Of a stretch of DNA of 64,000 nucleotides, positions 31,264-42,172 are shown one piece after another. The position numbers and the translations under genes are program-made. The stretch is from Candidatus Bathyarchaeota archaeon (GTDB lineage: Archaea > Thermoproteota > Bathyarchaeia > Bathyarchaeales > Bathycorpusculaceae): NCBI GenBank assembly GCA_963833575.1, contig CAWHXY010000004.1, positions 384,001 to 448,000 on the forward strand, written 5' to 3'. Position 1 is the stretch's first letter; each line of letters starts with the position of its first letter. The notes beneath the pieces are model-generated. The model ran no database searches, was not told the DNA's origin, and saw only the letters and a list, made by a program, of their open reading frames with translations.

Positions 31264-31731
31264 TTGAGTATTTTGTCTTGGGAAATATTAGATGAAAATA
31301 CATTAAGCAAAATCAAGAAACAGAAGGACTTTGAAGATGAAACATCAAAGAAACTCATGCCGTTATATGAGTCTGCTAAAAACCCAATAATAAAACTCTA
31401 CATACACAGTATAATTCTGGATACCATGAGACATTCAGATACTTATCAAATGCTTATCGATTTAAATGATCGAGCTCAAATAGGTGAAGAAAGCGCGAAA
31501 ATTGGAGAACAAGAGTTGAAGAGCCACATCACAGAGGAAGCCAAGATGCTAGCTCAAACGGAGCAAATCAGCAAATCAGTGAAGGATAAAAGGATCAAAC
31601 AAATAGTTCAGAGCATACTTGAAGACGAACAAAAACATCACAGGGTATTGAGTGAATTGATGAAGATTTTGAAGAAAGAATCAAAAGAATGGGACGCCTA
31701 TTTATACGACCTGATGACGGGTTTCCCATAA
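31264..31731 (+). CDS. Ferritin-like / rubrerythrin-family protein
   Basis: DTMRH and DEQKHH four-helix diiron-like motifs. Confidence 0.75.
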   Translation: MSILSWEILDENTLSKIKKQKDFEDETSKKLMPLYESAKNPIIKLYIHSIILDTMRHSDTYQMLIDLNDRAQIGEESAKIGEQELKSHITEEAKMLAQTEQISKSVKDKRIKQIVQSILEDEQKHHRVLSELMKILKKESKEWDAYLYDLMTGFP

Positions 31732-31856
31732 AGGCCTTCTTCTTTTTCAAAACAATTCTTTGTAGCTTGCATAAAGGCAGATTTGCACCATATTCAACCT
31801 ACAAAGTAATGAGTCTATTTCGCCTGGTTGAAAGGTTATCTTTGAACTGCGACTCT

Positions 31857-32288
31857 TTATGGAAAAGATGTATCGGGATATCGCCCCATAGCTTCCAGTA
31901 TTTCTTCAGAGACTGACTTTTTCCCGGCATTTCGTACAAAATCCGAAGCAACGACTATACCAACTAATTTGTTCTGTTTCAAGACTGGAAGTCTTCTAAT
32001 CTTATTGCTTGACATTACTCTTGCTGCTTCTTTAAGCGAGGCATCTGGGCTAATTGTGATAAGCGACTTAGACATGACCTCGGAAATCTTGGTTTCCAAG
32101 GGCAATTTTTTCGCCACAACTCTTCTGACGATATCTCTTTCAGTGACTATTCCAATAGTCTCTTCTCCATTAACGATAACTAAGCTACCAACCTGATTAG
32201 AACTCATGAGATTTGCCGCTTCAAAAACACTAGCACTAGGACCTATTGAAACAACATTCTCCGTCATAATATCTTTAACTGTAGGCAT
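31857..32288 (-). CDS. CBS-pair domain protein
   Basis: VKDIMT, GIVTERD, IRRLPV. Confidence 0.92.
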   Translation of the reverse strand: MPTVKDIMTENVVSIGPSASVFEAANLMSSNQVGSLVIVNGEETIGIVTERDIVRRVVAKKLPLETKISEVMSKSLITISPDASLKEAARVMSSNKIRRLPVLKQNKLVGIVVASDFVRNAGKKSVSEEILEAMGRYPDTSFP

Positions 32289-32415
32289 AATCTCTGTTAG
32301 AAGAGGCGTACCTTAAAGATTTTTTGGAATAAACTAACTCAGCATTTAAGTAAAGGTACCGCAAACATTCAAATTCAGTGCAATCATAACAGATTAGAGA
32401 CTGAGGAACAATCTT

Positions 32416-33186
32416 TTGACTGAAATAAATGCAGAATCAATTCCCCAAGCAGATGCCCCAAAGGAACTTGAACCCCAAACAGCTGATAACCAACTCAGAA
32501 GAGAAACCATAGTTCCAAGAAAGACCATTGTTTACGAGACTCGCGTAGACTCTACGGTAATAAGGTTAGCCGGTGAGAAAGTAAAACAGCAACCATTTAC
32601 CAAGTTTGGTTTATTAAAACCCAAGCCGGAAGAAATCCAATTTGTCTCTCTCGAAAAATATTATCAACCCTTCATTGTGATTAATGGAAAATACTCGATT
32701 GATTATTACCGCCAATGCACCTACGAAGTAAAAGTTGATAGCGCAGTCAAAGAAGTCGTTCTATTAAACAACAAATTTTTGCCTGAACGCGGTAAAGAGG
32801 GTTCATACGGCACCAATAATCGGATCAAGCTAGAAGGAGAAGAACGCATAGTCAACGAGGCAAAAGCTTTTCTAGTCCTAAACAGTCAAGGCCAAGACAC
32901 ACCTCCAAAAAATTTGCCTGCTGCCCCCTCAGAAAAAAATCCCCAAGAAATAATTGAACAAAACGGCTTAAAGCAATTCGACGAAAACATCGATGTAGAT
33001 TTCCTTAAACAAAGAATAATTAAACGCCCTAGTAACGTAAGCAGAATTGTTAGTGAGAATTTTGAAGTAACAGAACGCTCCATAATTTACGCTCCCAGAT
33101 ACAAACTAAAATATGTAAATTCTAAGAACAGCAAAGAAAAAACAGTAGAGTTTGACGCAGTTACATCTGAAAAAATCCATGCATAA
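32416..33186 (+). CDS. Hypothetical protein
   Basis: 256-aa ORF with RBS; no motif recognised. Confidence 0.7.
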   Translation: MTEINAESIPQADAPKELEPQTADNQLRRETIVPRKTIVYETRVDSTVIRLAGEKVKQQPFTKFGLLKPKPEEIQFVSLEKYYQPFIVINGKYSIDYYRQCTYEVKVDSAVKEVVLLNNKFLPERGKEGSYGTNNRIKLEGEERIVNEAKAFLVLNSQGQDTPPKNLPAAPSEKNPQEIIEQNGLKQFDENIDVDFLKQRIIKRPSNVSRIVSENFEVTERSIIYAPRYKLKYVNSKNSKEKTVEFDAVTSEKIHA

Positions 33187-33298
33187 GTTTGCGGTCTTGC
33201 AAGAGAATGTTCGCCGTCTCGAGAGACAAAACTACATAGAAATTAAATGATGTTTTGTTTTAGATCAAATTGACTGGGTAAACCTTAAGATTAATGAG

Positions 33299-33526
33299 TT
33301 ACTTTTTTACGATTGCCACCTTAATTTTTCCTACAATTGTTCCTACAGTTTCTTCGCAGACTTCTGGTTTCCAAGTGCAAATACCTTCAATTATCTCGTC
33401 AAGATAGTGAGCCAACTCTTCACTGGTAACGCCCTTACAACAATCAACTTTATACTCGATTTCTTCTTTGACCCGTTTTACCTTTATTTCTACCAATGTA
33501 TCCTTATCCATAAACTTAGGCCTCAA
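33299..33526 (-). CDS. Small hypothetical protein (ATG at 33511 likely)
   Basis: Protein-like ORF MDKDTLVEIKV..DCC.. Confidence 0.55.
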   Translation of the reverse strand: MRPKFMDKDTLVEIKVKRVKEEIEYKVDCCKGVTSEELAHYLDEIIEGICTWKPEVCEETVGTIVGKIKVAIVKK

Positions 33527-33810
33527 TACAATCTCAAGCGCTCCAAATTTAAAGTTTTACAATTCCGCATAAACCAATCGGAATCGTCCATTGACTGCTA
33601 AATCATTTCTGAAAAACTTAAAGTTTTCACGCTCATCTTTCGAATGACACTTTGCGCAAAGAAAAAGCTTGCCCGCCTTCTGAGCAAAAAAGATTACCTT
33701 CTATTCAGCTTGCTTATCAAGACCCAAAAGCTTGTTTCTTCTCTTAAATTCAAACTGACAATCGTTAAACAGTCTATTCTTTAAGCAATTGAAGCCATTT
33801 ACTTGATAGT

Positions 33811-34947
33811 TCAAAAAGTGTTATCTATTTTCCCATTTTTGTTATTATAAAGTTCTGATAATTTGACAAGTGTTTCTTTGTAAACTTGGATTGAATTCAG
33901 GTATTCGCTTATTTCAATGTGCTCGTCTAAAGTATGATCTAGGTGTGAGTCGCCTGGTCCATAAGTGACTATCGGCAGGTTCATGGCTTTACCCAAAATA
34001 TTCATGTCACCAGTTCCAGTTTTGTGCAAAAGCATCGCTGGTTTGTTTAGCACTTTTCTAACAGACGAAGATAATACATGCACAAGCGGCGAAGCTTTGT
34101 TAACTTCGAAGGGCTCAACAGTATCAAGTACGGTTGCTTTTACCGAAACCTTTGGATTAGCAACATGATACTTTGTAATTATCTTCTCTATCTGCTCGAA
34201 AACCTGAGCGGTGCTGAACTGTATTGGCACTCGAACGTCAAGAAACATCTCAACTTCAAATGGAACAACAGAGGTTGCCCTCCCACCCATGACCTTGACT
34301 AAGCATGCTGTAACAGCATTATACGGGCTTGCCGAAGGATCCAACGATGGATAGGAAGAGGCGTTTTTGATTTGGTCCCAAAGCTCATAAGCTTTCTCTA
34401 AGGCATTATCGTACATCCATGGAGTAGAAGAATGCCCTGTCTCGGTTTTACAAACGATTTTTAGTTGAATTTGACCTTTATAACCGATAGTTACATTCTC
34501 AACGCCACTGGGTTCACCAAAAATAGCGTAATCCGCTTTGATTCCCTGAGTAATAAGGTACTTGACGCCTCGGCTAGTGGCTTCTTCTTCTACAACGCTG
34601 GCAACCAAAATTTTGCCTTTAAACCCAGGCTCCTTAGCAGCCGCAACCGCAGCCATAATCATCGCAGCAAGCGGACCTTTCGCATCTACTGCACCCCTAG
34701 CAAAGATTTTACCTTCCTCAATGCGAAGCGGCAAATGCCCAGCCACCGTATCCATATGACCACAAAGAAGGATAACTGGTTGACCTTCACCTACAACGCC
34801 GATTACATTGCCTATGGCATCTTTTCCAACTTCAAAACCCATCTTTTTCATTTCATACTCTAAGAAATTGGCTGCATCAATTTCTTTTCCTGAAGGACTG
34901 TAAATGCCCAGAAGGTTAGTTAGGAACCGTATTGCTTGCTCGCTCAT
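33811..34947 (-). CDS. lysK: [LysW]-lysine/ornithine hydrolase (M20)
   Basis: GHMDTV, RGAVDAKG, EEE, YGPGDS.LDHT..EH; operon context. Confidence 0.9.
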   Translation of the reverse strand: MSEQAIRFLTNLLGIYSPSGKEIDAANFLEYEMKKMGFEVGKDAIGNVIGVVGEGQPVILLCGHMDTVAGHLPLRIEEGKIFARGAVDAKGPLAAMIMAAVAAAKEPGFKGKILVASVVEEEATSRGVKYLITQGIKADYAIFGEPSGVENVTIGYKGQIQLKIVCKTETGHSSTPWMYDNALEKAYELWDQIKNASSYPSLDPSASPYNAVTACLVKVMGGRATSVVPFEVEMFLDVRVPIQFSTAQVFEQIEKIITKYHVANPKVSVKATVLDTVEPFEVNKASPLVHVLSSSVRKVLNKPAMLLHKTGTGDMNILGKAMNLPIVTYGPGDSHLDHTLDEHIEISEYLNSIQVYKETLVKLSELYNNKNGKIDNTF

Positions 34948-36127
34948 TTTCTTCTTCCCCTAAAACCTCATCCAGAACAGTGATTGCTCGATCAATTTGG
35001 TTCTTGTTAATAACTAAGGGCGGCAACAGTCGGACAACGGTTCTTCCAGCATCCAAAACTAAAACCCCCCTTTCCGCTGCTTTGAGAATTATGTTGTGAA
35101 CATCAAAACGTGATTCTATGCCAAGCATTAGACCTAGACCTCGAACTTCCTTGATGATTCTATGCTTAGACATCAAGCCTTCTAGCCGAGCTTTAAAGTA
35201 CTCACCCATGTCAGCAGCATGATCGGTGAGTTTTTCTTCCACAAGCGCATCTATTGCCGCACATCCAGCAGCACAAACCAATGGGCTCCCACTGAATGTA
35301 GTTGAGTGCTCGCCGATTTTAAGTGCTGACATAATGTTTTCTCTAGCTACGGTTATACCGATTGGTAGTCCACCTGCAAAAGGCTTCGCTAGACACATAA
35401 TGTCAGGAGTAACATCCCAGTTCTGGCACCCGAACAGTTTCCCAGTTCGCCCAAAACTTGTTTGCACCTCATCAAAGATTAACAAAACATTTTTTTCGTC
35501 ACAGATTTTCCGCACTAACTGCAAATAACCGTCCTGAGGAACTCGTACACCGCCTTCTCCTCGGATAGGCTCCATTAAGACTGCGGCTGTTTTGTCAGTT
35601 ATCGCTTCACGAATTTTATAGGCGTCATCTGGGGCAACATGTTTGAACTCAGGAACAAGAGGCATGAAAGGTTCACGATACTTCTTGTCCCACGTTGCTG
35701 ACAGTGCGCCCATGGTTTTACCGTGAAAAGCGCCCATTAAAGCGATAATCTCCGTTTTGCCCATGAATTTACGCGCAAGTTTTATTGCGCACTCGACAGA
35801 TTCTGCGCCGCTGTTCGAAAGAAACACTTTGTCCAATCCTTTAGGCATTATCTTAACAAGCTTCTCAACAAATTCTGCTCGTTTATCATTATAATAACTG
35901 CCATGACATGTGATAAGCTGCGTAGCTTGAGTCTGAACTGCCTCCACAACTTTTGGGTGGCAATGTCCCAACAAAGCAACACCATAACTAGTGGAACAAT
36001 CCAGGTATTCTTTCCCATTAATGTCCCAGACAATCGCGCCTTTACCTCTTGTAAGTACGACTGGTTTTTTGCTGAAAACATTCGCCATATAACGAGTTTC
36101 AATATCTATTATTTCTTTGTCATTCAC
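34916..36127 (-). CDS. lysJ: [LysW]-aminoadipate semialdehyde / acetylornithine transaminase
   Basis: Class III PLP: FDEVQT.FGRTG, AK, HSTTF. Confidence 0.9.
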   Translation of the reverse strand: MNDKEIIDIETRYMANVFSKKPVVLTRGKGAIVWDINGKEYLDCSTSYGVALLGHCHPKVVEAVQTQATQLITCHGSYYNDKRAEFVEKLVKIMPKGLDKVFLSNSGAESVECAIKLARKFMGKTEIIALMGAFHGKTMGALSATWDKKYREPFMPLVPEFKHVAPDDAYKIREAITDKTAAVLMEPIRGEGGVRVPQDGYLQLVRKICDEKNVLLIFDEVQTSFGRTGKLFGCQNWDVTPDIMCLAKPFAGGLPIGITVARENIMSALKIGEHSTTFSGSPLVCAAGCAAIDALVEEKLTDHAADMGEYFKARLEGLMSKHRIIKEVRGLGLMLGIESRFDVHNIILKAAERGVLVLDAGRTVVRLLPPLVINKNQIDRAITVLDEVLGEEENERASNTVPN

Positions 36128-36929
36128 CAGTTATCACTGTACCAACCTTATGATCTAACGCGGAGCTAATAGGCTGATTGCCCGTACCCGCAGTAACTAA
36201 AACTTCCTTTACACCTTGTTCTAACGCTTCTATAGCTGCATGGACTTTAGTGCTCATGCCAGAACCGATGCTTGACATGACCTCTTTAACCTCTGTTACA
36301 CTAATTTTTGGAACGCACTCACCCTTGAACATTAAGCCCTGAACGTCAGTGAGCAGAATTAAACGATCCGCTTTAAGAGCGCCTGCAATGTTGGCGGCTG
36401 TTCGATCACCATCCACGTTTAGCGGCTCAAAATCTTGGCTAAGCGCGATAGGCGTAACAATCGGCACATAGCCTTTCTCAAGCAACAGATTAATCAGCCC
36501 AGAGTCAACTTGAGTTATTTTTCCTGTATAGCCGCCGTCGATTACCTTTTTTCGGCCCCGCTCGTCAACATGAATAAGCTTAGCTTTTCGGTCTCCTTTC
36601 AAAGTCGCTCCATCTAAGCCAGTTATTCCAACGGCCGAAATGCCTTGGCGTTGCAATTCGAGAACGATTTGCTTGTTGATTTTTCCGGCCATAACCATGG
36701 TGTAAATTTCTATGGTTTCTTTGTCAGTGTATCGACTTCTGAAACCTTCAGGAGAAATAATAAATTTTTGTTCCTTGCCCAACTTAGATGCGATTTCAGT
36801 AACTTCAACACCGCCACCATGGACAAGTATAACTTTGTTGGTTTTGGCAACTTCTTTTAGGTCAGCGACTAGTTCTTGAGATGCGCCTTCTTTGAGTATG
36901 CTTCCACCAATTTTTATTACGAGCAACAT
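36120..36929 (-). CDS. lysZ: [LysW]-aminoadipate/glutamate kinase
   Basis: KIGGS, VHGGG, RSRYTD, NVDGDR; ATG at 36929. Confidence 0.9.
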   Translation of the reverse strand: MLLVIKIGGSILKEGASQELVADLKEVAKTNKVILVHGGGVEVTEIASKLGKEQKFIISPEGFRSRYTDKETIEIYTMVMAGKINKQIVLELQRQGISAVGITGLDGATLKGDRKAKLIHVDERGRKKVIDGGYTGKITQVDSGLINLLLEKGYVPIVTPIALSQDFEPLNVDGDRTAANIAGALKADRLILLTDVQGLMFKGECVPKISVTEVKEVMSSIGSGMSTKVHAAIEALEQGVKEVLVTAGTGNQPISSALDHKVGTVITGE

Positions 36930-36934
36930 GTTAG

Positions 36935-37990
36935 TCACATCGGATGAAAACCGGTACTTTTTAGCCCAGTTGTTTCGTCGATGCCAAGTTGAATGTTCAT
37001 GCATTGCACTGCTTGGCCTGCTGCCCCTTTGGTCATATTATCGATAGCTGAGAAGAGCAAAAGCCGGTTTGCATGTTCATCAACCTCAAAGCCGACATCG
37101 CAGAAATTTGTGCCCTGAGTCACTTTGGGATCAGGCAACTGGTAAGGTCCCTTTTGATATTTTACTAAGCGTACAAAGGGTTCATTGCCGTACATTGCGC
37201 GAAGTGCACGCCATATATCCTTGTTTTCGATCTTTTGTTTAGGAAAAGTGTGAATTGTTGCTAGGATTCCGCGAACCATGTTCACAGCGTGGGGTGTGAA
37301 CGAGATTTTCACTTGCTCACTAGTTAATGCGTTAAGTTCTTGTTCGACTTCTGCAATGTGGCGATGCCCAACAACTTGGTAGGGACGGACTCCGCTGAAT
37401 CGTTCAGGGTGATGTGATGATAGCGATGGTTTGCTGCCGCCTCCTGATGAACCCACTTTCAGATCGACTACGATTTTGTCTTTGTCAATCAGTCCAGCTT
37501 TAATTACCGGCGCTAAGCCAAGGATAGCCGATGTTGCCATGCAGCCTGGGCATGCAATTATCTTAGCTGTCTTGATTTCTTCTCGATGAATCTCAGGTAG
37601 GCCGTATGCTACATCTTTAAGCATTTCTGGATGCGCATGTTTCCAACCATAATAAGTTTCATAATCTGCTGGGTTTTTGAGGCGATAATCAGCGCTCATG
37701 TCAATTACTTTCAAACCAGCCTCCAAAAGTTTAGGAACCAAGTTAACCGAACCGCCGTGTGGAGTCGCAGTGAAGATTAAGTCGCAGTTTTTCTGCATCT
37801 CAACCATGTCTTGAGGAACAAATTTCAATTGAGTTACACTTCGCAGGTTCGGATGCACATTAAAAACGTATTCTCCTACGCTTTGACGCGAAGTAACCAT
37901 AGTTACATCTACTTGAGGATGCAAAAGCAGCAAACGCAAAAGTTCACTGCCAACATATCCCGAACCGCCAATTATTCCGATTCTCAACAT
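36935..37990 (-). CDS. lysY: [LysW]-phosphate reductase (ArgC family)
   Basis: GGSGYVG, CPGC, IDNMTKGAAGQA. Confidence 0.9.
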   Translation of the reverse strand: MLRIGIIGGSGYVGSELLRLLLLHPQVDVTMVTSRQSVGEYVFNVHPNLRSVTQLKFVPQDMVEMQKNCDLIFTATPHGGSVNLVPKLLEAGLKVIDMSADYRLKNPADYETYYGWKHAHPEMLKDVAYGLPEIHREEIKTAKIIACPGCMATSAILGLAPVIKAGLIDKDKIVVDLKVGSSGGGSKPSLSSHHPERFSGVRPYQVVGHRHIAEVEQELNALTSEQVKISFTPHAVNMVRGILATIHTFPKQKIENKDIWRALRAMYGNEPFVRLVKYQKGPYQLPDPKVTQGTNFCDVGFEVDEHANRLLLFSAIDNMTKGAAGQAVQCMNIQLGIDETTGLKSTGFHPM

Positions 37991-38010
37991 TCTATTTACC
38001 TCTCTTTTAA

Positions 38011-39195
38011 TTAATGGTCAATTAAGCTCAGCGCACTCTTCAAGAGTGGAACAGCCACATTATACCCTGTTGCAAGCCGAGTGTTCTCCCAGAACTCTGG
38101 ACAAGAATTCGACTCATGAAACACCAAGGCACTCTTGTTTTTTTCTACGCTTTCTTCAATTACCTTTTTAATATTTTCGTAATTTACATTATTGGCATAG
38201 CTTTGAAACGCTTTTTCCAATTTGCTATTCCAGCCCTGAAAATCGGTAAGGCGAGTTTCATCCCGTTTAACCCTTTGAATAGGCAAAAATGCTTTCGCCG
38301 CCTTATCAAGTTCAGCCTTAAGATAAACGTCGTCAACCTGCTTATTTTCTTTAACATTGACCATTGCGTCTAGAGCAAAAATCCAAGCTTCACTACCTTT
38401 GCTTAGGCTTCTGCCACATTTTACTGATAAATCCTGAATGCTTTTAGGCAGTTTAGCACCGAAAACCAAGTTTCCCAAAAAAGTGTTGGTTCTAAAATCC
38501 TTAAACCCAGCTCTTGCCATCGCAATAGGATAGCAAAAGGGCTGTTTACCTTTTTCTTTGTGAACAATTATTCTTAAGTCATAAAACCATTTCTGAATCA
38601 ATTCCTGCGCGACAACGCCAACAGGGTTAATTATCGAAGGTTTTGTTTCCTGAATATTCGCGATGAGTTCTTCATTATTATTTGCCAACATGATCATTTT
38701 GCCATGTGTTCCAGCATCAGCCTTAATTACAATGCCGTCTGAAACAGGAATTTCTTGTTGGAAAAGTTCCGCTATGTCTTTTTCGTTGTGGATAACTTGC
38801 CCATTCTTCAAAGTGTCAGTTGAGTCACAAGGGATAAAAATGGTTTTTGGAATCGGTATTCCATCTTTCCAAAGGTTAAGCAATGTACGCAGTTTGCTGT
38901 AGCATACAAACTCGATTTGCGAATTGTTTATGGTTTTTTTGCCAAGCTGCTCTATTATATACGAGGCTTGGAGTCGACGGTTTTTGCTTTGCGCACGATT
39001 AAGCACAACAGAGGTCTCATTGATTATGGCTGTGTAGTCTTTACCTTTAGTTTTAGCGTTAAAGCCTGCTTTAGAAATAGAAAAAGCAATTTTTCTGAAG
39101 GGCAGAAAAGTTAAGTCGATACCTAATTGCTGAGCGGTTAGTTTTATGCCATTTTCGTCATTTTCTGACCGCTCATATAAAAGTGCTACGCTCAA
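38011..39195 (-). CDS. Divergent LysX/ArgX-like ATP-grasp ligase with large insertion
   Basis: Sits between lysW and lysY; KLRT, IPKT, FRTN, ESNSCPEF. Confidence 0.7.
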   Translation of the reverse strand: MSVALLYERSENDENGIKLTAQQLGIDLTFLPFRKIAFSISKAGFNAKTKGKDYTAIINETSVVLNRAQSKNRRLQASYIIEQLGKKTINNSQIEFVCYSKLRTLLNLWKDGIPIPKTIFIPCDSTDTLKNGQVIHNEKDIAELFQQEIPVSDGIVIKADAGTHGKMIMLANNNEELIANIQETKPSIINPVGVVAQELIQKWFYDLRIIVHKEKGKQPFCYPIAMARAGFKDFRTNTFLGNLVFGAKLPKSIQDLSVKCGRSLSKGSEAWIFALDAMVNVKENKQVDDVYLKAELDKAAKAFLPIQRVKRDETRLTDFQGWNSKLEKAFQSYANNVNYENIKKVIEESVEKNKSALVFHESNSCPEFWENTRLATGYNVAVPLLKSALSLIDH

Positions 39196-39268
39196 TGCTT
39201 TTCTGCTCCACTAAAAAAATTAATTCAAAAAACTGATTCAAATAATGAAGACGTGTAAGGGATACTGT

Positions 39269-39475
39269 CTATTCGCCCCAGTCTTCGCCTTCAATGGTTA
39301 ATTCTTGAAGGTCTACGCATCCGCCTTTTACTTGTTTTACTTCAAGTTCTAGTCCGCATCCAGGGCAGCTTAGGATTTCTCCTTTCTCTGTGTCTGATGG
39401 AACATCAAGGTCGGCGTCACAATCGGGGCATCTTGCCGTCACTTTTTGTGGATTTGAAATTGCTGGTTTAATCAT
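39269..39475 (-). CDS. lysW: Amino-group carrier protein LysW
   Basis: CPDC..CPGC zinc ribbon and C-terminal EDWGE. Confidence 0.95.
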   Translation of the reverse strand: MIKPAISNPQKVTARCPDCDADLDVPSDTEKGEILSCPGCGLELEVKQVKGGCVDLQELTIEGEDWGE

Positions 39476-39530
39476 TTTTTATTCGTCACTTTTGTTTTTT
39501 CGGAAATGTCTTTTTGATTAATTCCCAGTT

Positions 39531-39561
39531 TAATTTAAACATTGTGACTTATTTGTTACAA
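39531..39561 (-). promoter_or_regulatory. Operator TTGTAACA-N5-GTCACAA plus TATA (TTTAAA) of lysW operon
   Basis: Matches motif at 6101-6120 with the same spacing to the TATA box. Confidence 0.55.
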
Positions 39562-39720
39562 CTTGAACTTTTAATGTTCCATTTGGTGCAGTCATTTAGC
39601 GCTCGGAAGAGTTGAAAACGTAAAACAAACAAGCAACCACAACGAAAAACGCAAAATAACTATAATCCTTATAAGGTAAAGTGGTAGATTTAATGAAATC
39701 AAAACAACTCGGCGAAAAAA

Positions 39721-40131
39721 ATGGACGATACAGATAGGCAAATAATCAAACTCTTAAAAGAAGATGCAAGAGCTGGGTACGGCGAGATAGGCAATAAAGT
39801 AGGCTTATCTGAAGGTGCCGTACGGAAAAGAATCAAAACATTAACAGATGAAGGAAACATACGCAAATTCACAATTAAAATCAGCGTTGCAGAAGGCGCC
39901 CAAGCAATAACATTGCTTGCAACCAACCCTGCTAACCCAACACAGGAAGTTTCAAAGAAAATCCAAGCAATCCCCAACGTTGAAACTACGTATGAAGTCA
40001 GCGGCGAATACGACATCGTTGCAGTAATCAGCGGAATGAACATGACCGAAGTAAACGAATGCATAGAAAAAATCCGTATGGTTGGAGGCATAGTGAAAAC
40101 CAACACTATGATCGTATTGCGTAGCTCTTGA
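39721..40131 (+). CDS. Lrp/AsnC regulator (LysM-like) divergent from lys operon
   Basis: DDTDRQII..GLSEGAVRKRI; SGEYD. Confidence 0.85.
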   Translation: MDDTDRQIIKLLKEDARAGYGEIGNKVGLSEGAVRKRIKTLTDEGNIRKFTIKISVAEGAQAITLLATNPANPTQEVSKKIQAIPNVETTYEVSGEYDIVAVISGMNMTEVNECIEKIRMVGGIVKTNTMIVLRSS

Positions 40132-40252
40132 CTACGTTTCTTTTTTTTTAATTGAGGTTTTTTTCAATAAAAAGTTAGGATTTTTTTTTCTGTCTATATC
40201 TGATTAAAGTCAATCAGAATGAAATTTTTCAGCGAAGTTATTCGCGCAAAAC

Positions 40253-40588
40253 TCAAAAAAACAAAGACGCTTTGTCAACGATTTCAACATATATTTTTCC
40301 ATTTTGTACTTCACATCGGTAACTTGCCAATATTATCAATTTGTTTTCAGAATACTGTCCATTTCTTATGTCAAACTTCCAACCGTGACATGGACACATA
40401 ACTAAGTATTCATTGAGGATGCCTTTTGCGAGGGAACAGCCTTCATGAGGGCAATCATTCGAAACCCCAAAGATTTTTCCCTCTTTTCGAACCAACAAAA
40501 TAGACCTACCCTTAACTCGGACAGATTTCATTTGACCTTCTCTTAATTCACTTTCTTTCAAACATGAAACAAAATTATCTAAAACCAC
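40253..40588 (-). CDS. Rieske [2Fe-2S] ferredoxin
   Basis: CPH..CPCHGWKFD. Confidence 0.9.
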   Translation of the reverse strand: MVLDNFVSCLKESELREGQMKSVRVKGRSILLVRKEGKIFGVSNDCPHEGCSLAKGILNEYLVMCPCHGWKFDIRNGQYSENKLIILASYRCEVQNGKIYVEIVDKASLFF

Positions 40589-40756
40589 AAAATCAAATCC
40601 TTGACAATTAATTATTTCTCATCTAAAGATTATGGTCTTCCCAGACTTTAGTCTTTCTTGTGTTCACGTGCCCAACAGAAATACTAAACATCTAATGAAT
40701 CGTAAGGTTTAATATACATTGATAAACTTCAAATTCATAAAGGCGGAGAGAAAAAA

Positions 40757-41398
40757 ATGAATGAAAAATTGCAGGAGAGCGCCCAATACCTAAAGTACTG
40801 CAGCATTATCGAAAATGAAACTTTTAAGCTCTACGAAACCTTCTCCAAAAAAATCAATCAGCCTGAAAACAATTTCATCTTAGGACTGGCCTACGACAGC
40901 TTAAAAAATGCAAAAATTATCCAGGGAATACTTGACTCTTTTGACCAACCAGAAACGGAAAATAGAAATGATAAGAAGAACCTATTGGAACTAACTGCGG
41001 AGATTAAGAACCTCACAAAGAAGATCTCTAAAATCAATAATATGAATTACGTGATTTCATATGAGATTCTAAAAGAATTCATTAACCTCGAAGACCTTCT
41101 CAGCGAAATTTACACAAACTATTTGCAATCAAGTGGAACAAAAGTTTTGGCAGACGAATTGTCAAAAGCAGTCGCTGTAAACCTTGGAAATTTCAAGAAA
41201 GTATTTGAAAACTTTGTAGAAGAAAAAGGAAAACATAGAGAAACGCTCATCGAAATCATATATTGCCTTGAAGCAAAAGAAACAGAAATACATAGGCAAA
41301 TAACTCCAACAGTTAAATATCAAAACCCTAGCGCATGGAATCATGAATCCACACTTCATGCTTTCTCGAACGCACCAGTCAAAGAAACCAGTCAATAA
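40757..41398 (+). CDS. Ferritin-like hypothetical protein
   Basis: IENE..DSLKN..EEKGKH helical repeat pattern. Confidence 0.6.
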   Translation: MNEKLQESAQYLKYCSIIENETFKLYETFSKKINQPENNFILGLAYDSLKNAKIIQGILDSFDQPETENRNDKKNLLELTAEIKNLTKKISKINNMNYVISYEILKEFINLEDLLSEIYTNYLQSSGTKVLADELSKAVAVNLGNFKKVFENFVEEKGKHRETLIEIIYCLEAKETEIHRQITPTVKYQNPSAWNHESTLHAFSNAPVKETSQ

Positions 41399-41489
41399 AT
41401 ACAAGTCACGCAGGCAGTAAGTAGAAAATTAAGCTGATACATCAACTATACCAAATAAGTTTGGGCTCAAAAACAAATTTTCTTTTTTT

Positions 41490-41892
41490 TATAGACTATT
41501 CTCAATTGAAACGAGTTTTAGAACTCTAGGTTCAATTTCATCTCTGATTTCCGCACCTCACCTATGGATTTGCCTTTCGGGTCGTCAAGTTCCCAATCAA
41601 TATTTTCTTTGAAGAAGGGACCGGGACAAAAATCAGAGGTCCCACAGCCCATAGTGACAATTAGATCAGCTTGGTTTGCCATTTCCTGTGTGAGCAGTTT
41701 AGGCTTATTTCGGGATATATCGATACCATTTTCGCTCATTGCATCCACGACAACTGGGTTGACTTGTGAGGCTAGCTTCATTCCTGCGCTCTGTGCAGTT
41801 AATTTTCCTTGACCATACTTGTTGGCGAAGGCTTCAGCCATTTGACTTCTGCCAGCGTTTTCAACGCAAACAAACAAGACTTTTTTCATCAT
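41490..41892 (-). CDS. arsC: LMW-PTP-type arsenate reductase; apparent 1-nt frameshift near C-terminus
   Basis: CVENAGRSQMAE, TMGC, DDPKGK; typical VRKIRDEIE tail continues in another frame. Confidence 0.8.
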
Positions 41893-42172
41893 TAACCACT
41901 TTTTGATTTTTCTTATTCTTAACCAAAAAGCAATTTACTAAACTAATCATAACGAGTAATCTTTATTAAAGAATTATCAAGGATCGCCATTATATTGATC
42001 AAAGGCGGTCTAATTTTTTTAAGCCAATTGTTGCTGCAGAAGGTAATTAACAAAATCTTTTGCTTTCATCGCATTGTTTTATCTTATAATTCACTTTAAG
42101 CAAACCCTCCCCTGATCAGTATAGTCGTTTCTTGACTGACCTTTTAACTCCATTGAACCATACCCTGCACAA

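Noticed and set aside
39486-39542. Lys-rich uORF MFKLNWELIKKTFPKKQK upstream of lysW as a lysine attenuator
   Set aside because: Its ATG sits at the likely TATA box, so it is probably not transcribed, and Lys codons are expected by chance in A-rich DNA.
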